From: Candidatus Latescibacterota bacterium
Lineage (GTDB): Bacteria > Latescibacterota > UBA2968 > UBA8231
Direction of reading: 5' to 3'
NCBI GenBank assembly: GCA_964291625.2
Contig: OZ220090.1
Location: 32,001-96,000 of the forward strand
DNA length: 64,000 nucleotides
Shown here: positions 19,896-29,495 of the stretch, in pieces
Layout: each line of letters begins with the position of its first letter
How positions within the stretch are numbered: position 1 is the stretch's first letter
Position numbers and translations under genes: made by a program
Notes under the pieces: generated by a model
Databases searched by the model: none
The model's input: only the letters and a program-made list of their open reading frames with translations
What the model was told of the DNA's origin: nothing

Positions 19896-22800
19896 TGGGG
19901 CTCGCCGCGATCAGCCTGCGGGGCTTCGTTCCGCGAAGGGCCGTCCTGGCGGCCCTGGCCGGGCTCGGCGTTCTCGCCCCGGCGTCCGGCGGCGCCCAGG
20001 AGACCGATGGCTGGAGCTGGGGGCCGCGCACGGGCATCGAGATCCCCGAGGTGCCGCGGGTTCTGCCCGACCGGATGTTCCTCCGGCGGCCGGCCGATCC
20101 TTACAGGAACTACGCTCACCGGGAGAGGATGTACACCAACTACCCGACGGTCCTGTCGCCGTACCGGGACCCCAAGCGGTTCTACTACGGCCCCCTGGGC
20201 AACCGCCTGGCCTACGGGATCCCCGGCTACGACTGGGTCGAGACCCGGGGCCTGGGCCCCCAGGGCCGGGGCAGCTCCTCCCTGGCGATCACCGGGAACC
20301 TCTACCACTATCCCGGCCGCGAGCAGACGACCTACCGGCGCTACTTCGAGGACGTGCTCACCGTATCGGAGCAGACCGACTCCTGGTCGGGGAGCCTGAC
20401 CATCGCCCAGGAGATGAGGGGGCGCTTCACCCCCCTGACTCTCAAGGTCAACGCCTTCCCCGGCTTCCGCCTCGACTGGGGCACCGAGCACAGCGACCTG
20501 TCGGCCCTGTTCATGACTTACAGCACGGTGCGCATGGGCGCCCTCCACATGCAGCGCCGCGTGGGCCTGCTCGACTTCGGGCTGACCTACGTCAACGCCC
20601 ACGAGAGCTTCAGCGACAGCTACGGCCACGCCTTCTCCCGCAAGGGCGTGCTGCGCCACAACCAGCCCTACCCGGAGATCATCGCCGTCAAGTTCTCCGA
20701 CGACTCGCCCGACGACGACCGGGGCGGACCCCACATCGTGGAGCTGAACATCTACGTGAACGGGGTCCTGCGGAAGGACATCGTCCCCGACGTGATCGAG
20801 CAGGTCGACGGCGTCAGGCGGTCCTCGGTGGGCAAGCTCACCACCCAGGGCCTGGTGCGCAACGCCTACGCCGAGCTGTCGGCCGCCTTCACCTCCTCGG
20901 TACCCACGGGGACCACGTACATGCGCTATCGCCACGACGAGGCGCCTCTGTACATGGACTATCTGTTCTTCCGGGACCTCCGGCTGCACGACCCCGTCGA
21001 CCCCGACCGCGAGTTTACCACCTATGTGTGGCGCGACGTGGAGTTCCCCGTCGAGGAGCCTTGGCACCTGGCGGTCAACCTGGAGCCCGGCTCCACGGAC
21101 CGGAGCTACTACAAGGACAACGCCGCCGAGATCCTGGCCGAGCGCTTCACCGAGGAGGAGGTCCTCCGAATCCTCATTCGCAACAATGCCCTGAACAACG
21201 TCTTCAGGCCCCTGGACCAGTCCTTCCGCTGGCGCAGCGACGAGACGGGGCCGATCGAGGTCTCCGGCGACGACTTCGTCGTCTACTACTTCAACCTGGC
21301 GGGCCAGGGCTTCGTCCAGTCCGTCTCCTTCGATGCCCTGGTGGCCAACGACTACAAGATCGAGGTGGGCACCGTGGCCCGGAAGAGGGACTACGACCTC
21401 GACGATCCGCGGGCGGCGATCGACGTTCCCTACACGGGGCGCTACGGCCAGCCCACCCTCTACCGTACCGTGAAGCGAGCCCCGGGCAACGTCCAGGACC
21501 GTTCCAACCTCGAGCGCATCACCTTCGACATCGGCTCCGAGACGGGGATGGAGATCTACGGCGCCGACTTCAGCACCAACATCTACGGCCTGAAGATCGA
21601 CGGGGAGTACGCCCGGAGCCTGCACCACTTCCAGTACCCCGACGGCGTGGTCGGCCCGAATCCCACCACCCCCGTGCGCGCCGGCAAGCGCTTCGACAGG
21701 AAGGGCGAGGCCTACTACCTCGTGGTCCGCAAGGAGCACGAGCGCTTCGACTGGGGAGCCGAGTACTTCCACATGGGGCCGAACTACAACACCGAGTTGC
21801 TCCTGCTGGGCACGCCGGCCGTGCCCCACTTCAACAGCACCCTGCGGCTCATGATGGTCGACGACAACGACGACGACGACCGCTTCCCCGACTCCTGGTT
21901 CCAGCAGTACATCTCCGGCTTCGTCCACGAGGGCGTCGACGCCGACGGCGTCTTCCCGGGCAAGGACCTCGACGGCGATGGCCGGCCGGACACCAACCGC
22001 AACGGCAACCGCCTTCCCGACTATCTCGAGCCCTTTCTGATGTACGACGTGGAGTCGGACGATTACGTCTACGATCTCGACATGAACAACAACGACCGTC
22101 CCGACAGCCGCGAGGACGATCCCGAGCCCGACTATCCCTACGCCGAGGACCTGGAGGGCTACCACGCCATCGGCACCTGGCGCCTGACGGATGACCTCGC
22201 CCTCTCCCTGGGTCGCCTCGACTCCCGCCAGGTCCACGGCGGCGGCGCCAATCTCATGAACTACAGCCGGCTGAGCTGGACCGCCAGGAAACCGCGCCTC
22301 GGCCAGCTCCACGTGGAGAACACCCTCAAGCGCGTCTGGGACTCCGTGCCCGACCGCGTCCTCGTCTCCTCCGACTTCTCCAGGGGACCCTTCGGCAAGG
22401 TGCACCTGGCCGGCTTCGGGTACCAGCAGCAATGGGATCTGAACCTCATCGAGGACGAGCTGAGGTACCGCAACAGCTGGGCCAACCGGTTCTTCGTCCA
22501 GGCCGACCTGAGCCCGCTGCGGGGCCTGAGGATGCACCACAACCTGCGCTACGAGCTCAACCGCCAGCAGCCTGGGTTGCTCGACGACGGCACGCACCAG
22601 AGGAGCAACGAGATCCGCGCCCTGAGCTCGGTCCACCGCCTTGACTACACCTGGCGCCGGTTCAAGAAGCGGCTGGAGATCGGCCCGGCCTTCAAGCTGC
22701 TCTTCCTCAAGCGCACCCAGGAGACGGTCGACGTGGCCCTGGCGGACGAGACGACGGTGATCCCCATCTTCAAGGCGAGCTACCACGTGACGCCCAAGAC

Positions 22801-23059
22801 CACCTTCCGCTTCGGCGTTCAGGGTCTGCCCTTCTGGAAGTACCGGCTGAGGGACAACGGCAACGAGTGGAACAGCTTCGAGCAGAACGTCTACGTTCTG
22901 ATGATGACCAACCGCTCCGACTACTTCGGCTACGAGATCGTCACCAACGCCGGCATGACCTTCGACAGCCGCACCTACGACAACCCCTTCCGCGGGGCGG
23001 ACAACACCGACATCATGGCCACCTTCGTGCAGATCGTGGCAGGAGCACCCCAGCTTTGA
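19895..23059 (+). CDS. Large exported hypothetical protein, paralog 3
   Basis: Signal peptide; RFTPLTL, DDSPDDDRGGP, VANDY, RAPGNVQDRSN, VDDNDDDDRFPD, GVFPGKDLDGDG, PDYLEPFL, PDYPY. Confidence 0.7.
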   Translation: MGLAAISLRGFVPRRAVLAALAGLGVLAPASGGAQETDGWSWGPRTGIEIPEVPRVLPDRMFLRRPADPYRNYAHRERMYTNYPTVLSPYRDPKRFYYGPLGNRLAYGIPGYDWVETRGLGPQGRGSSSLAITGNLYHYPGREQTTYRRYFEDVLTVSEQTDSWSGSLTIAQEMRGRFTPLTLKVNAFPGFRLDWGTEHSDLSALFMTYSTVRMGALHMQRRVGLLDFGLTYVNAHESFSDSYGHAFSRKGVLRHNQPYPEIIAVKFSDDSPDDDRGGPHIVELNIYVNGVLRKDIVPDVIEQVDGVRRSSVGKLTTQGLVRNAYAELSAAFTSSVPTGTTYMRYRHDEAPLYMDYLFFRDLRLHDPVDPDREFTTYVWRDVEFPVEEPWHLAVNLEPGSTDRSYYKDNAAEILAERFTEEEVLRILIRNNALNNVFRPLDQSFRWRSDETGPIEVSGDDFVVYYFNLAGQGFVQSVSFDALVANDYKIEVGTVARKRDYDLDDPRAAIDVPYTGRYGQPTLYRTVKRAPGNVQDRSNLERITFDIGSETGMEIYGADFSTNIYGLKIDGEYARSLHHFQYPDGVVGPNPTTPVRAGKRFDRKGEAYYLVVRKEHERFDWGAEYFHMGPNYNTELLLLGTPAVPHFNSTLRLMMVDDNDDDDRFPDSWFQQYISGFVHEGVDADGVFPGKDLDGDGRPDTNRNGNRLPDYLEPFLMYDVESDDYVYDLDMNNNDRPDSREDDPEPDYPYAEDLEGYHAIGTWRLTDDLALSLGRLDSRQVHGGGANLMNYSRLSWTARKPRLGQLHVENTLKRVWDSVPDRVLVSSDFSRGPFGKVHLAGFGYQQQWDLNLIEDELRYRNSWANRFFVQADLSPLRGLRMHHNLRYELNRQQPGLLDDGTHQRSNEIRALSSVHRLDYTWRRFKKRLEIGPAFKLLFLKRTQETVDVALADETTVIPIFKASYHVTPKTTFRFGVQGLPFWKYRLRDNGNEWNSFEQNVYVLMMTNRSDYFGYEIVTNAGMTFDSRTYDNPFRGADNTDIMATFVQIVAGAPQL

Positions 23060-23105
23060 GCTGGCCGCACCCACGCAACCCGATTCACCACGAGGTCGGA
23101 CCGCA

Positions 23106-23648
23106 ATGAGGAACCTCATCCTGACCCTTGTCCTCTCCGGGATCCTGCTGCCCTGCCGCGCCCACGCCGAGGAGGACGTCTTCGCCGCGCGCGAGACCGC
23201 CTCCCGCAAGCGGGCCGTGATCCTGTCGGCCCTCTTCCCGGGGCTGGGGCAGCTCTCCACCGGGCGCCAGGTGACGGGGACGATCCTCCTCGTCGCCGAG
23301 ATCGGCTCCCTGGCGACGGTCCTGACGGCCAACGAGAACTACAACACCCGTCTCGACAACTTCGAGCGGCTGAAGTCGGAGTACGAGCAGATGGCGGCGG
23401 GCAACAGCCGGCACGACCTGGCCGAGCAGCGCTGGAAGGAGCTGACGGCCGAGGCCGACGACCTCGACGGCCTGCACAACCTGCGCCGGGCCTACACGGC
23501 CGCCGCCGTGGGCATATACGTCTACAACCTCGTCGACATCCTTCTCCTCAACCCCCCCGAGGCCGCGGCGGCCAGGTCCTGGAGCCTGCGCGCCGTGCCC
23601 GGTCTGGGGGAGGGGCCCGCCCGGCTGATGGTGACGGGAAGCTTCTGA
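23106..23648 (+). CDS. Membrane/exported protein, DUF5683-like
   Basis: Signal peptide, AVILSALFPGLGQ motif, second hydrophobic segment ending YVYNLVD. Confidence 0.55.
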   Translation: MRNLILTLVLSGILLPCRAHAEEDVFAARETASRKRAVILSALFPGLGQLSTGRQVTGTILLVAEIGSLATVLTANENYNTRLDNFERLKSEYEQMAAGNSRHDLAEQRWKELTAEADDLDGLHNLRRAYTAAAVGIYVYNLVDILLLNPPEAAAARSWSLRAVPGLGEGPARLMVTGSF

Positions 23649-23667
23649 AACCTCTCGGAGATTGAGC

Positions 23668-24045
23668 ATGAGCAAGGCTCTCTGGCCGTTGCTGGCCGTC
23701 CTTTCCCTCTGCATCTCGGGGTGCAGCGAAGAGCACAGCCTCCCCTCGAAGTTCCACGACGGCAGGGTGGAGACTCCCGCCGACCTGGAGGCGAGGTTCG
23801 AAGGGGACGACGTCGTCCTGGAGTGGAACGTCGACGGGCCCGGGGAGATCCTCTACTACATCGTCACCATGGCGGAGGGCACCACCGGCGCAGAGCGGCA
23901 GTTCACCGCGCCCGGGGACAGCGCCTCGTACGCCCTGGTGGAGTTCGCCTGGACCGACTCCTTCTACATCTTCCAGGTGCAGGCGGTGGACCATACCGAC
24001 TTCGTGGGAGAGGCCTCCAACGTGGACACCCTCTTCGTCCCATGA
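23668..24045 (+). CDS. Small lipoprotein with fibronectin type III-like domain
   Basis: Lipobox ISGC; PADLEA..VVLEW..YYIV..YIFQVQAVD..GEASN FN3 pattern. Confidence 0.65.
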   Translation: MSKALWPLLAVLSLCISGCSEEHSLPSKFHDGRVETPADLEARFEGDDVVLEWNVDGPGEILYYIVTMAEGTTGAERQFTAPGDSASYALVEFAWTDSFYIFQVQAVDHTDFVGEASNVDTLFVP

Positions 24046-25295
24046 TGCCGGGTCAGACACGGGGCCGCTTCGGAGCCCCCTCCGATGCGCTCAACCTGCG
24101 GCGCCTCCACCGCGAGAACCGCAGGGTCGCCTGGGTCTCCTACGCGCTGGCGGCGACGATGGCGGCCTCGGCCCTCGGCTACTTCATCGCCGTCAAACGG
24201 GAGAAGCCGGCGGCCAAGCCTCTGGCGATGGAGTTCATCATCCGCAAGCCCCTGGCCAAGAAGTCCTTCCGCATGCGCAAGGCCCAGGTGCAGAAGCGCG
24301 TCATGACGAGGCGCGTCGTCGCCTCCAAGCCGAAGCTCGCCCACACCCCGCCGAGGGAGATCCGCCGCGCCGACGCCCTCGGCAACGTGGCCGTCTTCGC
24401 CCACCAGATCGACGCCGGTGCGAGCGTCGGCACCGGCACCGTCACCCCCGAGGTCGCCTCCGTCGAGATCCGCAGCTCGAAGGATCCGGAGAAGCGCATC
24501 AGCATGCAGGAGGAGTTCCTGGACCTCAACGCCCTCGACACCGGCAAATACCGGGGCATGGTGATCCAGGATCCCACGGACCGCCGGAACATCCGCGGCT
24601 TCGTCTACCTCGCCCTGGCCTGGGGCAACGACCTGCAGCCCGACGCGCCGCGCTCGGTCTCCCGGCTCGCCGACGGCATCAACGCCTACACGGGGATCCA
24701 GGCCAAGGTGGCCGACCACATGTTCCTCGACTCGCCGGAGCTGTTCAAGACCCCCTTCGTCTACATCACCGACAAGGACGGCTTCGAGCTGACGGAGAAG
24801 GAGATCGAGAGCCTGGGGCGCTACATGCGCAGCGGCGGCTTCGTCTTCGCCGACAACGACCGGCCCGATCTCAACTTCGGGCCTGCCGAAGCGTCGCTGC
24901 GGGCCATGTTCGGCCAGGCCCTCGGGCGCGACGGCCAGCTCGAGAGGATCCCCAACAGCCATCCCATCTTCAACAGCTTCTTCGACCTCGACGGCCCGCC
25001 GGTGGGGGGCGAGTACCTGAGCGTGCGGGGCAATCCCGACATCTTCTACCTCAACTCCGCCGAGGCGACCGACGTCTACTACCAGCCGGACGAGGTGCAG
25101 TTCCTCGAGGGCGTCTTCATCGACGGACGCCTGGTGGCGGTCTACTCCGACATGGGCTACGGCAGCATCTGGCAGGACGAGTTCGAGAACGAGCCCCAAC
25201 TGAGGATGGGGGTGAACCTCGTGGTCTTCGCCCTCACCCAGGAAGGCTCCATCGCACAGCAGCAGATCGACTTCTACACGCAGCTCACCGACTAG
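24042..25295 (+). CDS. DUF4159 domain protein with N-terminal TM anchor and basic linker
   Basis: TM segment VAWVSYALAATMAASALGYFIAV, Lys/Arg-rich linker, C-terminal PFVYIT..LGRYMRSGGFVFAD..IPNSHPIF..LEGVFIDGRLVAVYS..RMGVNLVVFALT. Confidence 0.75.
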   Translation: MMPGQTRGRFGAPSDALNLRRLHRENRRVAWVSYALAATMAASALGYFIAVKREKPAAKPLAMEFIIRKPLAKKSFRMRKAQVQKRVMTRRVVASKPKLAHTPPREIRRADALGNVAVFAHQIDAGASVGTGTVTPEVASVEIRSSKDPEKRISMQEEFLDLNALDTGKYRGMVIQDPTDRRNIRGFVYLALAWGNDLQPDAPRSVSRLADGINAYTGIQAKVADHMFLDSPELFKTPFVYITDKDGFELTEKEIESLGRYMRSGGFVFADNDRPDLNFGPAEASLRAMFGQALGRDGQLERIPNSHPIFNSFFDLDGPPVGGEYLSVRGNPDIFYLNSAEATDVYYQPDEVQFLEGVFIDGRLVAVYSDMGYGSIWQDEFENEPQLRMGVNLVVFALTQEGSIAQQQIDFYTQLTD

Positions 25296-25325
25296 GCCGG
25301 CACGGGCGGTGAAGGAGCAATCGAG

Positions 25326-26054
25326 ATGTGGGAGATCCTGAAGAGCGGCGGCCCCCTCATGGTGCCCCTCACCATCTGCGCGGTCCTGGCCGTGGCCTAC
25401 ACCATCGAGCGGCTCTGGGTCCTGGGCCACATCCCGGCTCCCGGCCGCGCCAAGGAGGAGCTGGACCGGCTCGAGGCATCCCTCCTCAACGGCGGCCGCG
25501 AGGCGGTGGTGGAGGAATGCAACGAGGGCAAGGGGGTGCTCAACTTCATCTTCTCGTCGCTGCTCAAGCGCCACGACACCCTGCTCATCGAGCAGCGGGA
25601 GTTCCAGGAGACGAACCAGGAGATCGTCCGTCTCGCCGAGTCGGCGGGGGGAGGCGAGGTGGGCCGCTTCATGGTCATGCAGAGGGAGCAGACCGACATG
25701 AAGGGCGAGTTGGTGATCGAGACGGAGGCCGCGGCCCGCACCTACCTGGCCCGGAACCTCCCCACCCTGTACACCATCGGCAACATCAGCCCCCTTTTGG
25801 GACTGCTGGGCACGATCATGGGCATGATCATCGCCTTCGAGTCGATCGCCGTGGCCGGCGCCGGGGACCCGAGGGTGGTGGCCGGGGGCATCTCCCAGGC
25901 CCTGGTGACGACCGCCTCGGGGCTGATCATCGCCATCCCGACGATCGTCGCCTACCGCTACCTGTCGCGCCGCGCCGACAAGGCCCTGGAGCAGGTCGAG
26001 GTCTACGGCCACGCCTTCGCCAACACCCTCCTCCTATCGAGGCCGCCGGCCTAG
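25326..26054 (+). CDS. exbB: MotA/TolQ/ExbB proton channel protein
   Basis: GGPLMVPL..IERL; ISPLLGLLGTIMGMIIAF; GGISQALVTTASGLIIAIP. Confidence 0.9.
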   Translation: MWEILKSGGPLMVPLTICAVLAVAYTIERLWVLGHIPAPGRAKEELDRLEASLLNGGREAVVEECNEGKGVLNFIFSSLLKRHDTLLIEQREFQETNQEIVRLAESAGGGEVGRFMVMQREQTDMKGELVIETEAAARTYLARNLPTLYTIGNISPLLGLLGTIMGMIIAFESIAVAGAGDPRVVAGGISQALVTTASGLIIAIPTIVAYRYLSRRADKALEQVEVYGHAFANTLLLSRPPA

Positions 26055-26072
26055 GGTCTCCCGGAGCACGGC

Positions 26073-26489
26073 ATGGCCAGACACCGCGTAGAGCACATCC
26101 GCAGCGTCGCCGAGGAGGGGGAGCCCGACATGACCCCTCTCATCGACTGCGTCTTCCTGCTGCTGATCTTCTTCATGGTCACCACCGTCTTCCTGCACAC
26201 GAAGGGGCTCGACGTGGACCTGCCGGCCCCGAGCGAGGCCGAGGAGGAGCAGAAGAAGGACATCAACGTCATTCTGAGTGAGGAGGGGGCGATCGAGATC
26301 GGCGGCGAGGCGGTGGCCGCCGCCGACCTCGGCGCCCGCCTGACCACCGCCATGGAAGAGGCCAACAACGAGAACATCATCGTCCAGGCCGACGAGGAGT
26401 GCGCCCAGAAGCACGTGGTCTACGTGGTGGACACGGCCAAGGGGGTGGGAGTGAAGGGGATCGCCCTCGTGAGGGTGGAGGAGGAGTAG
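26073..26489 (+). CDS. exbD: ExbD/TolR family protein
   Basis: DMTPLIDCVFLLLIFFMVT with the conserved TM Asp; IIVQAD. Confidence 0.9.
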   Translation: MARHRVEHIRSVAEEGEPDMTPLIDCVFLLLIFFMVTTVFLHTKGLDVDLPAPSEAEEEQKKDINVILSEEGAIEIGGEAVAAADLGARLTTAMEEANNENIIVQADEECAQKHVVYVVDTAKGVGVKGIALVRVEEE

Positions 26490-26492
26490 GGC

Positions 26493-26903
26493 ATGGCCAG
26501 GCTGCGGAACACCGAGCGCGAGCCCGATTTCAACCTGACGCCGATGATCGACTGCGTCTTCCTGCTGTTGATCTTCTTCATGGTCACCACCGTCTTCAAG
26601 CAGCCCTACAGCCTGCAGCTGGAACTGCCCGAAGCGCAGCAGGCGCAGCGGGTGCAGGAGAAGAAGCTGGTGAGCTCCATCACCGCCGACGGGCGCATGG
26701 AGATCAATCGCGAGCTGGTGAGCGCCTCCGACCTGGAGCAGGTGCTGCTGCGCCACAAGCAGGGGACGCGGAGCCTGACCCTGATCGTGCGCACCGACAG
26801 GGAGACCAGGCACAGGCACCTCCTCGACCTGATCGAGGTGGCCAAGCGCCTGCGCATCGAGAAGGTGGTCCTGGCCACCGAAGACGAGAAGGTCGAGCTC
26901 TGA
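26493..26903 (+). CDS. exbD: ExbD/TolR family protein, second copy
   Basis: NLTPMIDCVFLLLIFFMVT; LIVRTD. Confidence 0.9.
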   Translation: MARLRNTEREPDFNLTPMIDCVFLLLIFFMVTTVFKQPYSLQLELPEAQQAQRVQEKKLVSSITADGRMEINRELVSASDLEQVLLRHKQGTRSLTLIVRTDRETRHRHLLDLIEVAKRLRIEKVVLATEDEKVEL

Positions 26904-26907
26904 TCCC

Positions 26908-28251
26908 ATGAACCTGAAGACCGCTCTCCTCGTCAGCCTCCTCTTCGTCGGCGTCCTCGGGGCCGTGCTCTACTCCAACCGGCGTGAGGGGCAGTTGGAG
27001 GAGGCCGACGTCCTCTCCCGGGAGTTGCTGCTCTTCGACAAGAAGGAGGCCGACGAGCTCACCGTCGACGGCCCCAAGGGGCGGGTGGTCTGCCGCAAGG
27101 TGGGGGACCAGTGGAGGATCGTCGAACCGATCGACGCCGACGCCAGCCGCGGCGCCGTGGAGACGGTGCTGGTCAACCTGGAGCGGGCCCGCCTGAAGAA
27201 ATACCTGCTTCTGGAGGACTCCGGCGACCGCGACCTCCTCGAGGAGTACGGCCTCGATCCGCCCCACATGATGGTGACCCTTCGCGTCCGGGGGAGCGTC
27301 CTCGACACCGTCCTCTACGGGGACAGCCCCATGGGCGTGTACGTCTATGTCAAGAAGACCTCCGAGGACCGCGTCGGCATGGTCGAGCTCTACCGGCGAA
27401 CCGGTGTCAACCGCGGGCTGGCCCAGCTGCGGGAGAAGCGGGCCCTGAAGTTCGAGGTGGGCCATGCCAGTGAGCTGCGCATCGAGAGCCCGGGCGGCAC
27501 CATCGAGGTGGCGCGGCTGGACGACGGCTGGCGGATGCACAGCCCCATGGAGACGCGGGGCGACGAGGAGGAGATCCGGAAGGTCCTCAACAGGCTGAGC
27601 GCGCCGGTGGAGGAGTTTGTCGACGACAGTCCGGCGGGCCTCGGGGAGTACGGCCTCGACGCCCCGCGGTACCGCATCGGGGTTACGACGGCCGACGGCG
27701 AAGCCTTTGGCCTGTGGGTCGGCGGCGGGGCGGAGAACGGCTTCTACGCGAAGAACCTCTCCCAGCCCTCGGTCTTCACCGTCGACTCGGCCCTCGTGGA
27801 GCGGCTCGACGAAGCCGCCTTCGGCCTGAGGTACAAACACCTCCTCGCCTTCGAGAGAAAGGCCGTGGACCGCGTCGAGTTCGCCTACCCGGGGCGGACC
27901 GTCCTCTGCGTGCGGGAGGGCACGGCGTGGCTGGCCGTCCCCCAGCAGCGGCCCGTCAATGGCATCGAGCTCGACGCCATCCTCTACAGCATGGAGGAGC
28001 TGCGGGCGGAGGACTTCCTCGCCGGCGACGCGGGTTCCGCCGCCTACGGGCTCGAGCCGCCGCGGGCTCGGATCCGGGTGTGGGCCGCGGAGCGGCTCGT
28101 GGGCGACCTGGCCCTCGGTCAGGTGCAGGGAGACCGGGTCTACGCCAGGGGAAGCGAGATCGACCTCGCCTGCCTCGTCGACAGGGAGACGGCCGAGCTC
28201 CTGGGGGTGGACCGGATCTTCAAGGAACAGGGCTCGAGCGGTGGCGGATGA
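26908..28251 (+). CDS. DUF4340 domain protein (repeated units)
   Basis: N-terminal TM anchor; three repeats of W....P..(A)D....L..L...YGL(D/E)(P/A)P. Confidence 0.75.
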   Translation: MNLKTALLVSLLFVGVLGAVLYSNRREGQLEEADVLSRELLLFDKKEADELTVDGPKGRVVCRKVGDQWRIVEPIDADASRGAVETVLVNLERARLKKYLLLEDSGDRDLLEEYGLDPPHMMVTLRVRGSVLDTVLYGDSPMGVYVYVKKTSEDRVGMVELYRRTGVNRGLAQLREKRALKFEVGHASELRIESPGGTIEVARLDDGWRMHSPMETRGDEEEIRKVLNRLSAPVEEFVDDSPAGLGEYGLDAPRYRIGVTTADGEAFGLWVGGGAENGFYAKNLSQPSVFTVDSALVERLDEAAFGLRYKHLLAFERKAVDRVEFAYPGRTVLCVREGTAWLAVPQQRPVNGIELDAILYSMEELRAEDFLAGDAGSAAYGLEPPRARIRVWAAERLVGDLALGQVQGDRVYARGSEIDLACLVDRETAELLGVDRIFKEQGSSGGG

Positions 28252-29495
28252 AGCGCGTCCTCCGGCTCAAGTGGGGCGCCGCGGCCGTGGTGGCCGCCGG
28301 CCTCGGAGGGGCTCTGTACTACCACTTCGGCGTCGCCGAGCCCCGGCGGAGCCGCGCCGAGGCACAGGCCCTCTTCGAGGAGGGCAACGCCCGCCTGGGC
28401 GCGGGGGAGACGGCCGCCGCCATCGAGGTCTACCAGCGGGCCCTCGACCGCGACGCCGGCTTCGTGCCCGCCTACAACGGCCTGGGAATGGCCTACCGGG
28501 CCTCGGGAGAGTCCCCGCGGGCCGAGGCGCTCCTGCAACAGGCCCTGTCCATCGATTCCACCGTGGCGGAGACCTACAACAACCTGGCCATCGTCTACTC
28601 CGAGAGCGGCCGGGTGGCGGAGGCCGAGGCCGTCTACAGGAAGGCCCTCGCCATCGATCCGAACTCCGCCGTGACCTACTTCAACCTGGGCGCCTTCTAC
28701 TCCCAGGTCGGGCGCTACGCCGAGGCGGTGCAGGAGTACGGCAAGGCGTTGCAGCTGCGCCGCGGGCTCTACCAGGCCCACAACAACCTGGCCCTGGCCT
28801 GCATCGCCCTCGGCCGGTCCTCCCAGGCGGTGCGGGAGCTGAAGCGCTCGATCGAGCTGAACCCCCGCCAGGGCCGGGCCTGGTACAACCTCGGTCTGGC
28901 CCACGAGGAGGAGGGCCGCTACGAGGAGGCGGCCGACTGCTTCCGCGCGGCCCTGGAGCACGAGCCCGGGGTGGCCGCCATCCACTATCACCTCGGCGTC
29001 GTCCACGAGGGGCTGCAGCGCGAGACGGAGGCCATGGAGAAGTACCGGGAGGCGATTTCCATCAAGCCGTCCCACAGGGAGGCCCACTACCGCATGGGCC
29101 GGCTGCTGGCGGCGCAAGGCCGGTACGAGGAGGCCGAAGCCGGGTTGTCGAAGGCCATCGAGATCGATCCGGAGTACGCCGACGCGCGCTACAACCTGGG
29201 CCGTCTCTACATGAGGCAGGGCCGGACCGCCGAAGGGCGGCGGGAGATGGAGCTGTTCCGCCAGATGAGCGAGTACGACAAGGAGAGGGAGAAGGTCAGC
29301 CGCATTCTGCTGTACATGCCCGGCGACGCCAACTCCCGCTGGAAGCTGGGTCAGGTGCACGAGAAGTACGGTAAGTACGACCGGGCCATCGAGGAGTACC
29401 GGAAGGCCCTGGCCATCCGTCCCGGCTTCGAGGAAGCCCGGCAGGCCCTCGAGTCGGTGCTCGAGGCGCGTCCCCGGGAGGAGGATCGCAGATGA
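28248..29495 (+). CDS. Membrane-anchored TPR protein
   Basis: ATG 28248, TM anchor, repeated AYNGLG/TYNNLA/AWYNLG/ARYNLG TPR units. Confidence 0.85.
   Translation: MKRVLRLKWGAAAVVAAGLGGALYYHFGVAEPRRSRAEAQALFEEGNARLGAGETAAAIEVYQRALDRDAGFVPAYNGLGMAYRASGESPRAEALLQQALSIDSTVAETYNNLAIVYSESGRVAEAEAVYRKALAIDPNSAVTYFNLGAFYSQVGRYAEAVQEYGKALQLRRGLYQAHNNLALACIALGRSSQAVRELKRSIELNPRQGRAWYNLGLAHEEEGRYEEAADCFRAALEHEPGVAAIHYHLGVVHEGLQRETEAMEKYREAISIKPSHREAHYRMGRLLAAQGRYEEAEAGLSKAIEIDPEYADARYNLGRLYMRQGRTAEGRREMELFRQMSEYDKEREKVSRILLYMPGDANSRWKLGQVHEKYGKYDRAIEEYRKALAIRPGFEEARQALESVLEARPREEDRR

Noticed and set aside
26130-26600. Near-identical ~50-nt stretch in the two exbD genes
   Set aside because: Explained by the conserved ExbD TM segment in paralogues, not a regulatory or mobile repeat.
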